64,000 nucleotides of DNA from Candidatus Aminicenantales bacterium (GTDB lineage Bacteria; Acidobacteriota; Aminicenantia; Aminicenantales; Saccharicenantaceae). The notes below the pieces were generated by a model. It ran no database searches and had not been told where the DNA came from. It saw only the letters and a program-made list of their open reading frames with translations. Positions 1 to 9,354 of this stretch are shown here, in pieces. How positions within the stretch are numbered: the stretch's first letter is position 1; each line of letters begins with the position of its first letter. The position numbers and the translations under genes were made by a program. Location of the stretch: positions 1 through 64,000 of the forward strand of contig JBEKXF010000012.1 of the NCBI GenBank assembly GCA_049512315.1, read 5' to 3'.

Positions 1-145
1 ACCAGGGACCGGATGTACTCGGCCCCTGGGACTATCGACCCGTAAATCGTCGACGACTTTAGATACATGGCGGCACCTATCATAGCCCAAGGTGTCACCT
101 ATGTATCTGAACGAGCTCAGCGGATATCCGCGGGCGTGGCCGGGC

Positions 146-1108
146 CTATTTTTTGATCTGTTCCTTCAACTTCGTGATCAGCCCGTCAAGGAATTTGACA
201 TGCTCCTGGTCGGTAGCGAAGCCGGCCTTGGCCTTCTCCAGATATTCGACGGCCTTCGGGAAATTGGCCTGGTGGGCATAGCATCGCCCAGCCATCTCCA
301 GGGCCGCGGGGTCGTCCGGCTTCAGGCTGAGGGTCTTTTCAATGAGGGCCAGCGCCTCGTCGATGCGGCTCATCCCGAAGAGGATGATCCCCGAATAGAA
401 GGGGCTGTCGGGGTTCGCAGGGTCGAGCTCCATGGCTTTCCGGTAGGATTCGAGGGCTTTTTCAAGCTCCTTCTGCTGCTGATAACAGACTCCCAGCTGG
501 TAATAGGCCGGGGCGAATTTCGGGGCCAGTTCGGTGACCTGGACGAACGCCGCTGAGGCCTCGGGGAACATGTTCTTCTTTAGATAAGCCAGTCCGATCA
601 GGTACAGCGCGTTGGAGTCTTTGGGGTTTTTCTCCAGGACGGGTTTCAACCCGGAAATGGCGCCGTCGAAATCCCCCTGCCGGATCTTCTCGGCCGCGGC
701 CTTGACCGCGGCTTCCGTCTCCTTCAGGCGGTTGGTCTCCCTGACCAGCTCCTCGCTGGCCAGGACGACGGGAGGGATCTCGACCTTCTCAATGTTCAGC
801 TGGGGCTCCGTGAACTTCCACTCGTCTTCCTTGACGGCAAAGCCGTCCTTCTTGAAGGCGACCTTGTAGACGCCGTGCGGCAGCCCGGCGAACTTGAACG
901 TCCCGTCCTTTTTCGTCTTTAGCGAATAGCTGCGGGACGTCTCCTGGTCCCGGAGCGTAATCTCAACCCCCTCCAGGGGCTGTTTCTGCGGGTCGACGAC
1001 CTTTCCGAGGATGTAGTATTCGCGATACTGTCCGAGGGCGGGCCGAGCGACGAGGAGGCCAGCCAGGACCGAGCCGGCGACCAGGAATGCGAACGCACGG
1101 TGTCTCAT
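146..1108 (-). CDS. Secreted carboxypeptidase-regulatory-like (beta-sandwich) domain + TPR repeat protein
   Basis: Signal peptide; 'ILGKVVDPQKQPLEGVEITL...TKKDGTFKFAGLPHGVYKV' matches the CarboxypepD_reg pattern; the C-terminal half is tandem TPRs (ALYLIGLAYL, AYYQLGVCY). Confidence 0.85.
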   Translation of the reverse strand: MRHRAFAFLVAGSVLAGLLVARPALGQYREYYILGKVVDPQKQPLEGVEITLRDQETSRSYSLKTKKDGTFKFAGLPHGVYKVAFKKDGFAVKEDEWKFTEPQLNIEKVEIPPVVLASEELVRETNRLKETEAAVKAAAEKIRQGDFDGAISGLKPVLEKNPKDSNALYLIGLAYLKKNMFPEASAAFVQVTELAPKFAPAYYQLGVCYQQQKELEKALESYRKAMELDPANPDSPFYSGIILFGMSRIDEALALIEKTLSLKPDDPAALEMAGRCYAHQANFPKAVEYLEKAKAGFATDQEHVKFLDGLITKLKEQIKK

Positions 1109-1111
1109 GAT

Positions 1112-3487
1112 TCACTCCTTCCGCGATTTGTAGAGGTTGGCCTTTTGCAGGGCGTCGTTCATCCGGGCCGAGTCGCCCTTGCGGTTATAGACGTCGGCGA
1201 GCAGGTAATAACCCAGAGCCTTGATCTCGGGCGTCTCGGCGAGCTGCAGGCCGCGCTCGACTTCCGCCTGGACCTCGTCGAGCGGCACGGGCTCGTAGAG
1301 CAGGCCGCGGGCGAGGAGGAGATGCCCGTCGGCGAGCTTCGGAGCGCTCCGGACGACCTCCCGCATCTCGTCGAGGGAGCCAGCCCTGTCGCCCAGCTTG
1401 AACAGCAGCTTCCCCAGATTGAAGCGGGCCTTGTATTCGTTCGGCAGGACCGCGACCTCCTCGGCGTAGGCCGCCCGGGCCTCCTCGAGTCTCCCCTGCT
1501 CTTCGTAGAGCAACCCCAGGTTGTAATGGGCCAGGGGGAATTTCGGAGAATCCCGGATGACCGCCTTGAGCTCCGTTTCGGCCCGGTCATACTGCTTGAG
1601 GCCGACCAGGCAGGCGGCGAGGTTGAGGCGGGTCCGGGTGATCTTCGGCTGGGTCTCGACGGCCTTCTCCATGTACGGCAGGGCCTCGAGGTACTTCTCA
1701 TGGCCCAGGTAAACTTCGCCGAGAAGCGTATACGCCTGGGTGTTCCTCTCGTCGACCGCGAGGGTCCTCTTGCACAGGGCGATGACGTCGTCGTCCCTCT
1801 TCTCCTCGAGCAGGATGTTGGCCAGGCTGACGAGGGCCTGGACCGACTCCGGATCGTCCTTGAGGAGGACGTCCAGCTTGGCCTTGGCCTCCTCGCTGCG
1901 GCCGAGATTCGTGTAGCACGTCGATAAGAGAAGCAGGGCCTGGGGGATCGTCGGCTCTTCCCTGAGGGCCGATTCGAGGAGCCCGGCGGCCTCGCCGTAC
2001 TTCTCGTCGAGGATGAGCTCCCCGGCCCGCATCACGGCCGTGAAGACGGGCAGCTTGTCCTTGGGATCGGCCAGGGAGCCGCCGCTTCCCGTGGCCTTCT
2101 TGGCGGAGACGGGCGCTCCGACGTAGCCCAGGGCCGAAAGCCTCTCCATGGTCTCCTTGTCCAGGTTCGCCGCCTGCGGCTTCGGGCCGCCGACGCTCGT
2201 CTCGGCTATGAGCCGGTCGAGCTCCCCTTTCATCCGTCGGGCGATCGCCGGGGACCCCGCGAGGATATTCGTCTGCTCATCTGGGTCGCGGACAAGGTCA
2301 TAGAGCTCGGCCCGGGGGGCGTCGATGTACTTGTAGCGCGGCGTGCGGAGCGCATGGAGGCCGCTCCAGCCGAACTGGATGTTGGAGGCCATGGCCTCGC
2401 TGTAGGCGGGGACCTCGTCCTTGCGGCCCGGGTGGAACATGAGCGGCACGAGGGAGCGGCCCTGGACCTTGACCGGCGGGGCGACGCCCGCGAGCGTGAG
2501 CACGGTCGGGAACACGTCCGATGTGCTAACTTCTGACGCGACGCGCCGTCCCCGCAGCTCCACGAACGGTGTCACGGCCAGGAACGGGACGTGGAGCGCG
2601 TAGTCATAGACGAAATAGCCGTGCGTTCCCTCGCCGTGGCTGCCGAGGCCCTCGCCGTGGTCACCGACGAGGACCATCACCGTCGACTTGTCCAGGCCGT
2701 TGCGCTCGAGCCAGGAGACGCACCGTCCGATCTGCTCGTCCATGAAGGCGATCTCGCCGTCGTAGAGGCCGGCCGGGCCGCGCCGTCCGTACTCGGACGC
2801 GTAGGGCTCTGGCGGGGCGTAGGGCACGTGGGGGTCGTAGAGATGGATCCAGGCGAAGAACGGGGCCGACTTGTTCTCCTCCAGCCAGGCGAGCGCGGCG
2901 TCCATGACCTCGTTCCCCGGCCGCTGGACCTCGCCGAGGTCGAGATGCTTGTATTTCTTGAGGTCGAACTGGTCGTCGTAATGCTGGAAGCCCTGCTTCA
3001 GGCCCCATCGACCGTCGAGGACGAAGGCGGCGATGAAGGCCCCGGTCCGGTAGCCTTGGGCCGCGAGGACCTCGGCGAGCGTCGTCTCCTCGTCGTTCAA
3101 GGCCGTATTGCCGTTGACCCGGACCCCGTGGTGGGTCGGGTACATCCCGGTCATGATCGTGCAGTGGGACGGGAGGGTCAGCGGCGTCGCAGTCGCGGCC
3201 TGCTCGAACAGGACCCCCCGGCCGGCCAGGGCGTCGAGTGTCGGCGTCCGGACGTTCGTATAGCCGTAGCATGCCAAGTGGTCCGCCCGGGTCGTATCCA
3301 TGGTGACTAGGATGACGTTGGGCGTCCTGACACCCGCTCGGGCCCAGAGGGCCTTGATCCTGCCGGCTCCCTCCTGGACCGGGCGGAGGAGGATCCACGA
3401 CAGGACCGCGACGATGACGGCCCCCGCCGCAAGGAACGGCCAGGGCCGCGGCTTCGTCCTAACTCGCCGGGCGTTCTTCATGGGCAA
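1112..3487 (-). CDS. Sulfatase-like (alkaline phosphatase superfamily) hydrolase with C-terminal TPRs
   Basis: N-terminal TM anchor; PNVILVTMDTTRADH, TLPSH..IMTG.YP..HG, WIHLYDPH, GDHGE, ELYDL..DP.E..N motifs; several TPRs at the C-terminus. Confidence 0.9.
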   Translation of the reverse strand: MPMKNARRVRTKPRPWPFLAAGAVIVAVLSWILLRPVQEGAGRIKALWARAGVRTPNVILVTMDTTRADHLACYGYTNVRTPTLDALAGRGVLFEQAATATPLTLPSHCTIMTGMYPTHHGVRVNGNTALNDEETTLAEVLAAQGYRTGAFIAAFVLDGRWGLKQGFQHYDDQFDLKKYKHLDLGEVQRPGNEVMDAALAWLEENKSAPFFAWIHLYDPHVPYAPPEPYASEYGRRGPAGLYDGEIAFMDEQIGRCVSWLERNGLDKSTVMVLVGDHGEGLGSHGEGTHGYFVYDYALHVPFLAVTPFVELRGRRVASEVSTSDVFPTVLTLAGVAPPVKVQGRSLVPLMFHPGRKDEVPAYSEAMASNIQFGWSGLHALRTPRYKYIDAPRAELYDLVRDPDEQTNILAGSPAIARRMKGELDRLIAETSVGGPKPQAANLDKETMERLSALGYVGAPVSAKKATGSGGSLADPKDKLPVFTAVMRAGELILDEKYGEAAGLLESALREEPTIPQALLLLSTCYTNLGRSEEAKAKLDVLLKDDPESVQALVSLANILLEEKRDDDVIALCKRTLAVDERNTQAYTLLGEVYLGHEKYLEALPYMEKAVETQPKITRTRLNLAACLVGLKQYDRAETELKAVIRDSPKFPLAHYNLGLLYEEQGRLEEARAAYAEEVAVLPNEYKARFNLGKLLFKLGDRAGSLDEMREVVRSAPKLADGHLLLARGLLYEPVPLDEVQAEVERGLQLAETPEIKALGYYLLADVYNRKGDSARMNDALQKANLYKSRKE

Positions 3488-3504
3488 CGTTAAAAGATAG
3501 CGCT

Positions 3505-6249
3505 TTACGGCCTATTTTTCAACAGCGCCTCGTAGACGGCCCAGATCGCGCCGGGCCGCATGTACTTCATCGCCCGGAAGAGCTTGTCCCCGTAGGTCGT
3601 GTTCGGGTCGTTCCAGAGGACCTCATCCGGGTTCAGGTAGGCCTCGGGCGTCTTGAAAAAGTAGCCCTGGCCGAAGGGGCTCCAGACGATGTGGTAGAGT
3701 CCGTAGGCCGTGTGCATCCCCTCCCGGACGAGGCCGTGGAGAATGCAGTCGGAGGCGAAGGCATAAGCGGTGCCGACCCAGACCTCGTCGCCCTGCTGGC
3801 TCCGGAGCTGTTTCCCCCCCGCCGTCCGGCCGTTGACGGCCCCCATCAGTCCCCCGCCGTAGCCGAGGACATTTTTCTCGAAGATCGTCCGGAGCGTCCT
3901 TTTGACCCGCTCGTCGGGGATGATGGGAGTCCGGCTCCCGCTCTCGAGTCCGAGCATCGACGAATACCAAAGGCCGAAAAGCTGGTCGGTCATGATGTCG
4001 TCCGTCTGGGCGTCGATATGGAAATAGCCCGCCTTCTCGTCCCAGAGCTTCTCGAGAGACGCCCGGCCCGATGCGAACCAGGCCCGATACCGGCCGACGG
4101 CGCCGGCGACGTCCAGGCCGGCCACGGTCGTGGCGCCCTGCTTTAGCAGAATGTCCCCCATTTCAGAGGTCGTCTTGAGCGCGGCCAGCCAGAGCAGGCC
4201 GACGTAGGCGCTCTCGCCTTTCATGCGCCAGGTATCGTAGGTCTGGTCGGGGATGCCCTCGTTCAGCGGCACGTGGCTCCGCGGATCGCCGAAGCGCTTT
4301 TCGAGCGTGTCCAGGGCGGCGACGGACGCCCCGAAGATGGTTTTAAGGAATTCCATATCGTGGCCGCCCGCGGCCAGGAAATCACGAAAGGCCCGGAGCG
4401 GGAATTTGGGGTTGAGATCCTTCCAGACGTTCCCGTTCTGCCAGTCGAAGGCGTTGAGGACGACCCAGGGCCGCTGGCGCGGAGAGCCGATGTCGTGAGG
4501 GAGCATGCCCGGGACCTTGACAGTGCTCCAGTAGTCGCTTTTTTTGTCCGCGGGGACCTCCGCGGGGAATGTCTCATCGTAAAGGTAAGCCCGATAGGAG
4601 GAGTCATGGAGCGGCACGGTCCCGGCGAAGAACCTCACGTTGTTGAGCTCGAGCTCGGGCCAGAGCTTGAGGACGTGCCAGCAATAGGAGTCCACGTCGA
4701 ACGTCCCGTACATGAGGTAGTCCGCGCTTTCGAGATAGGTGTGGAGGTTCGTCTCGGCGTCCCAGATACTCGTCTCCGGGAGCACGTAGAGCTCATTGAG
4801 GAGGGCCTGCTTGAACCAGTCCGGGAGCTTCGGGTCACCGATGATCGTTCTCTGCCAGTCGTCGATCGTCTTCTCCCATTCCCGATAGCGGTCCAGGCCC
4901 TCGGCGGCGATGGCCAGGGCATTTCCACCCGTAGCTCCGAAAAACTCCGTATATTTCTTCCTGTACTTCACGCCTGGCTCGAACTCGTAGTAGGGGAAAT
5001 CCCAGGCAACGACGAACGGGACCTCGATCCTTTCTCTCGGCCTGAGGGTCAGCCGGACCGCCAGGGCCGCGGCCGTCGCCCCGTTCTTGCCGGCGACCCT
5101 CGCCGTCCGGGAATCGGCCAGGGTCCCGTCCGGGCCGAATGTCCTCCAGACCTCCGCGCCGTCGCCCCGCGGGTCGAAATCAGTCAGGTAATGGACCTTC
5201 GTTTTCCCGGGGATCTCGAGAGTGGCCATGGCCATGGTGCCGGTCATGGCGTTCCCCTTCCTGATGTCCATGTTCGCTTTCTTGAAGACGATGGCCTTCC
5301 TCGGCCCGTCCTCGACGTATTCGTTCAGGCTCCCCTCGGAATTCCTGTCCCACTTGAAAAGCGCCGGGACGGACGGGCCGGACTGGACCGCCTCCCAGCC
5401 GACCATATTCTCCCAAGTTAGGAGAAGGCTGACTTCGACCGGGCGGTTCTCCCGGTTCTCGGCGATCCACTTATACACGGCGACGGGGAAGCTCGTCTCC
5501 CGGTAGTTCCCCGGGATGACCGGCGAGAGCTGGACGACGGCCAGCTTGACGGGCCAGCCCGCATTTTTTTCATAGGAAAATCCGGACTTGGGGAACAGGG
5601 CGTAGTAGTCCCCTTTCCCCGCCGGACACTTCCAGGCCCAGCTGCCGAGGCCCGCCGCCGCGGCCGGCGCCTCCGTGGAAAGCGTCTGGACGATCGTCCG
5701 GTTCCCGGATCTCATGAAGACGTGGAATTGGTCCGCCCAAACCGTGTCCTCGACCATCCAGCCGGGCTTGAGGAACCAGGTCTCGAAATTCCCGTTCATC
5801 AGCCGTTCGAAGCCGCCGGCACCGATGCCGCCGACCGGGCAGGCGCTCCCCTGGGCCGTGGCGTCGATGTTGCCGTCGGCGATCGTGTGGCCGAAGCTTC
5901 CGAGCGTGTATCCGATCGGACGGTCGAAGGCGCAGGCCGGGAACCCGGCCAGGTTCGAAGGCGAATAGTTCAGGTCCGCTAGGACAAAAGCCAAGATCTC
6001 CTTGTCCGAGCTTTTTCCGGCTTTGCGGGCCTCGCCGATGATCCGGCCGAGCCGGCCGTCGATCTCCCGCCCCATGTCGTCATAGATGCCTTTTTCCATC
6101 AGGAGCTCGAGATGGAGGGCTTCGATCTTCTTCCGGACGCCCGGGCTTTTCGGGGCCGCGGCGGCCCCGGCCAGGGCCGGGACAGCAATGATCAGCAAAA
6201 TCATGGCGATCGCGGAAAAGGCCAGGGTGCGGTTCTTCGGGCTCTTCAT
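3505..6249 (-). CDS. Glycoside hydrolase family 116 (GBA2-like beta-glucosidase/glucosylceramidase), secreted
   Basis: PVGGIGAG, YLES.DY..YGTFDV (nucleophile region), PHDIG.P, WKDLNPKF, PDQTYDTW (acid/base), F.TPEA, YMRP.AIW motifs; signal peptide. Confidence 0.92.
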   Translation of the reverse strand: MKSPKNRTLAFSAIAMILLIIAVPALAGAAAAPKSPGVRKKIEALHLELLMEKGIYDDMGREIDGRLGRIIGEARKAGKSSDKEILAFVLADLNYSPSNLAGFPACAFDRPIGYTLGSFGHTIADGNIDATAQGSACPVGGIGAGGFERLMNGNFETWFLKPGWMVEDTVWADQFHVFMRSGNRTIVQTLSTEAPAAAAGLGSWAWKCPAGKGDYYALFPKSGFSYEKNAGWPVKLAVVQLSPVIPGNYRETSFPVAVYKWIAENRENRPVEVSLLLTWENMVGWEAVQSGPSVPALFKWDRNSEGSLNEYVEDGPRKAIVFKKANMDIRKGNAMTGTMAMATLEIPGKTKVHYLTDFDPRGDGAEVWRTFGPDGTLADSRTARVAGKNGATAAALAVRLTLRPRERIEVPFVVAWDFPYYEFEPGVKYRKKYTEFFGATGGNALAIAAEGLDRYREWEKTIDDWQRTIIGDPKLPDWFKQALLNELYVLPETSIWDAETNLHTYLESADYLMYGTFDVDSYCWHVLKLWPELELNNVRFFAGTVPLHDSSYRAYLYDETFPAEVPADKKSDYWSTVKVPGMLPHDIGSPRQRPWVVLNAFDWQNGNVWKDLNPKFPLRAFRDFLAAGGHDMEFLKTIFGASVAALDTLEKRFGDPRSHVPLNEGIPDQTYDTWRMKGESAYVGLLWLAALKTTSEMGDILLKQGATTVAGLDVAGAVGRYRAWFASGRASLEKLWDEKAGYFHIDAQTDDIMTDQLFGLWYSSMLGLESGSRTPIIPDERVKRTLRTIFEKNVLGYGGGLMGAVNGRTAGGKQLRSQQGDEVWVGTAYAFASDCILHGLVREGMHTAYGLYHIVWSPFGQGYFFKTPEAYLNPDEVLWNDPNTTYGDKLFRAMKYMRPGAIWAVYEALLKNRP

Positions 6250-6277
6250 TTTTCCACCTCCCGATATATCCGGCCGT

Positions 6278-7468
6278 TCAGGCCGCCGGCGTCCGAGGCT
6301 TCTTCAGGGCGCGCCCGATGAAGGCCAGGAGAACGAGGATCATGGCGCAGTTGAAGACCGGGACGAGCAGGCCCTGCCGCAAGCCCGAGGACTGGGCGAT
6401 CTTGCCGACGAGCCAGGGCGCGATCATGCCTCCGCAAAGGCCGACCGAAATGACGACGCTGAAGGCCGTGCCGGTGAACGAGGCGAAATTCTCCCCGACG
6501 ATGGCCAGGGTGGTCGGGTAGATTGCCGAGAAGCCGAGACCGAGGAGGACGGCCCCGGCCATGGCCGGCGCCCCGGACGGCGAGGCGGCCAGCAGGACGG
6601 CCGCGGCCAGGGCCAGGCCCGCGCTGAGGAAGACGAGCTTCTCGCCGTGGAGGGCCTTGGCGAGCCGGGCCGAGAGCAATCTCCCGGCCATGACCGCGGC
6701 CCAATAGCCGGCCAGGACGAGCGCGGCCGCGGACGGGCTGACCCCGAAGGTCTTCTGGAGATAGGTCGATATCCAGCCTCCCGCCGTGAATTCATTCCCG
6801 GACTGGAAGAAAAGCAGGAGGCCGCAGAGCCAGAGAAGAGGGTTCCGGACGACCCGGGCCGCCTGTTTGAGCGGGAATCCCTGGGCCTGCTTGGCCTTCG
6901 GGAACCGGAAGAGGGCGAAGAGCGCGAGCGGGACCAGGCTGAGGAGCGTCGCCAGGACGAGGATCCTGCCGAGACCCAGGGTTTTGAGAAGCGTCCCGAT
7001 CAGGAACGGGATGGTCAGGGCCCCGAAGCCGAAGAAGATCCCCAGCAGGTTGAGGGCTGCCCTGCGCTTCGCGGGGTTGATATCGCTCGTCAGGGCGTTC
7101 GTCCCGCCGTTCAGACCGCCGCCGCCGAAGCCCAGGACGACGGCCGCGATGAGGACGAGGCCGTAGGTCGAGGCCATGGTCAGGAGCAGGAAAGAGGCCG
7201 CGACGAGGAGCGAACAGACGATGAGGAGGACCTTGAAGCCGAAGCGGTCGACCAGCGGCCCGAAAACGATGGTCATGACCAGCATGGCGAAATTCATGGT
7301 CAGGAAAAGGTTCCCGGCCGCCCCCGTGCTGAAACCGATCTTCTCGAAGAGGGACGGCAGGATGGCCCCGAGGACGGCCATGACGATCCCGAAGACGAAC
7401 ATCCCGGCGAAGGCCGAGGACATGAGCTTCGAAGGGTGAGAGGGGGCGGACCGGTCCTGACTCGTCAT
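6278..7468 (-). CDS. MFS sugar transporter (FucP/GlcP-like)
   Basis: About 12 hydrophobic segments and motif A 'GPLVDRFGFK'; lies in a sugar catabolic operon. Confidence 0.88.
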   Translation of the reverse strand: MTSQDRSAPSHPSKLMSSAFAGMFVFGIVMAVLGAILPSLFEKIGFSTGAAGNLFLTMNFAMLVMTIVFGPLVDRFGFKVLLIVCSLLVAASFLLLTMASTYGLVLIAAVVLGFGGGGLNGGTNALTSDINPAKRRAALNLLGIFFGFGALTIPFLIGTLLKTLGLGRILVLATLLSLVPLALFALFRFPKAKQAQGFPLKQAARVVRNPLLWLCGLLLFFQSGNEFTAGGWISTYLQKTFGVSPSAAALVLAGYWAAVMAGRLLSARLAKALHGEKLVFLSAGLALAAAVLLAASPSGAPAMAGAVLLGLGFSAIYPTTLAIVGENFASFTGTAFSVVISVGLCGGMIAPWLVGKIAQSSGLRQGLLVPVFNCAMILVLLAFIGRALKKPRTPAA

Positions 7469-7477
7469 GGAACCTCC

Positions 7478-8257
7478 TTATCGCCGAGCCCGCCTTTTCG
7501 CCTTGAAGGGCCGGTCGTAATAGAACTCGGTGAAGGCCTGATAGACGCCGGCCATGTGGCCTTTCGGGACGCCCTTGACGTTGGGCGAGACGAAGGTCGG
7601 CGGGACTTTCCCCTTTTTCGCCAGGAGCGACGCCGTCTCGGCGACGAGGGCCATGGCGATCGAAACCGCCGCCACGGTTGAGCCCGCGGCCACCCGTTCG
7701 AGCTGACCGACATCGACGAGGGCGTCTTCGGGCGGGACGTGGTTATCGATGGCGACGTCGGCGACCTCGGAGAGGATCTTGCCGGACGAGTGGGAACGCC
7801 GCCCGATCTTCGCGTTCTCGTGGGAGGAGACCGTGACAACCTTGAGGCCGCGCGCCTTGGCCTCGATGGCCATGTCGATCGGGGCGGCGTTCAGTCCGCC
7901 GTGGGAGAAGACGAGCATCACGTCGCGCTTCTCGAGGGGATAGCTTTGGAGGAAGACGCGGGCATAGCCTTCCTGCCGCTCGAGCCAGAGGAGCTCGCGC
8001 GCTCCGCCCGGGCCGATGACGTTCGTCCACATGAGCCGCGGGTCGTAGAGCGGGAAAAAGCCGACGAAGCTCCCGTAGCGGGGGAAGATGTCGAGGACGG
8101 GAATGACGGAGTGGCCGCTCCCGAACATGTAGACCCGGCCTTTTTTCCGGATGGCGGCCGCCATGATCTTCGCCGCATCGCGGATGCGGGGCATTTCTTT
8201 TGTCCGGATCTCCCCCAGGATCTCCTGGATCCGGCCGAGATAAATGGAACCTGACAT
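7478..8257 (-). CDS. SIS-domain sugar-phosphate enzyme (UPF0309-like)
   Basis: FGSGHS, ER..GYA, SHGGLNAAPIDMA, DVAIDNH.P.EDA, PP.F.SPN motifs. Start moved to ATG 8257, which has an AAGGGAG RBS and follows the ROK stop. Confidence 0.85.
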   Translation of the reverse strand: MSGSIYLGRIQEILGEIRTKEMPRIRDAAKIMAAAIRKKGRVYMFGSGHSVIPVLDIFPRYGSFVGFFPLYDPRLMWTNVIGPGGARELLWLERQEGYARVFLQSYPLEKRDVMLVFSHGGLNAAPIDMAIEAKARGLKVVTVSSHENAKIGRRSHSSGKILSEVADVAIDNHVPPEDALVDVGQLERVAAGSTVAAVSIAMALVAETASLLAKKGKVPPTFVSPNVKGVPKGHMAGVYQAFTEFYYDRPFKAKRRARR

Positions 8258-8268
8258 ATCGATCTCCC

Positions 8269-9288
8269 TTATGGAATGGAATCCCAAGCCAGCTTGCCGC
8301 AGCCGTAGAGGCCGGCGTCCTCGCCCAGGGCCGAGAGCTCGACCCGGACTTTCTCCGCGGCCAGCGGCTGGGCCCACCTCCGGAATTCGCGCCGGACGGG
8401 CTCGAGGAAGACGTCCGCGGCCTGGAAAAGGCCGCCGCCGAGGACGACGACCTCGGGGTTGAGGATGCTGACGATATTGGCGATGCCCATGGCGAGGAAG
8501 CGGACGGCGTCTGCGACGACCTCGACCGCCAGGGGATCCTTCTTCCGGGCGGCCGCCGCCACGGTCTCGGCCGTGACGTTATCGACGCTTCCTCCTGCAA
8601 TATCCTTCATGATGGACGGCCGGCCCGTGCTCAGGAGCTCCCGGGCTTTGCGGCCGACGGAATTCCCCGAGGCCTCGGCCTCGAAACAGCCCATCTCCGC
8701 GTAGGCCGGCTTGAAATCCGGGTCGAGCCCGAACCAGCCGACCGCGCCGGCGATGTCCTCATGGCCGCGGACGAGCCTGCCGCCGGCGAGGATCCCGGCG
8801 CCGATCCCCGTGCCCACGGCGAGGAAGACGGCGTCCGCGGCTCCGGCGGCGGCGCCGCGCCAGGCTTCTCCCGCAACGTAGGCGCTCCTGTCGCTTTCCA
8901 GCACAATGGGGGTCTGGGCTGGGGCGACGTGTCCCGGACGATCCCCGCCCGGCTTTCCGGGTCCTTCGGCCTCCGTGATCTTCGCCAGGAGCGGATAGCG
9001 GTCCCAGCCCGGAATGTTGGGCGCCCAGACTCTCCCGGTCGCGCCATAGACGATGCCGGGGATCGAGATCCCGACGGCGAGGATTCGGCCGCCGACCCTC
9101 GCGGCCGTTTTGCCCAGGCTCAGGATCGCTTCGCCGACCTGGTCCGCGGCCCGGTCCCCGCCGGCCCTGTCGATGGAAACTTTCGTTTTCCCCAAGATCC
9201 CTCCCGTTTTCGTGAACAGGGCCGAGGAGATCTTCGTCCCGCCGACGTCGACCCCGCCGCAGAAGTCCTTGCCGCCTGATTCAACCAT
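8269..9288 (-). CDS. ROK family sugar kinase
   Basis: GVDVGGTK, GTGIGAG, GCFEAEASG, LNPEVVVLGGG motifs; no N-terminal HTH. Confidence 0.9.
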   Translation of the reverse strand: MVESGGKDFCGGVDVGGTKISSALFTKTGGILGKTKVSIDRAGGDRAADQVGEAILSLGKTAARVGGRILAVGISIPGIVYGATGRVWAPNIPGWDRYPLLAKITEAEGPGKPGGDRPGHVAPAQTPIVLESDRSAYVAGEAWRGAAAGAADAVFLAVGTGIGAGILAGGRLVRGHEDIAGAVGWFGLDPDFKPAYAEMGCFEAEASGNSVGRKARELLSTGRPSIMKDIAGGSVDNVTAETVAAAARKKDPLAVEVVADAVRFLAMGIANIVSILNPEVVVLGGGLFQAADVFLEPVRREFRRWAQPLAAEKVRVELSALGEDAGLYGCGKLAWDSIP

Positions 9289-9354
9289 CGATCCTCTCGT
9301 TCAATCGGGTCACCCGAAGCACATGTGACATCGATGCACGTCTCCTTGCCCGGA

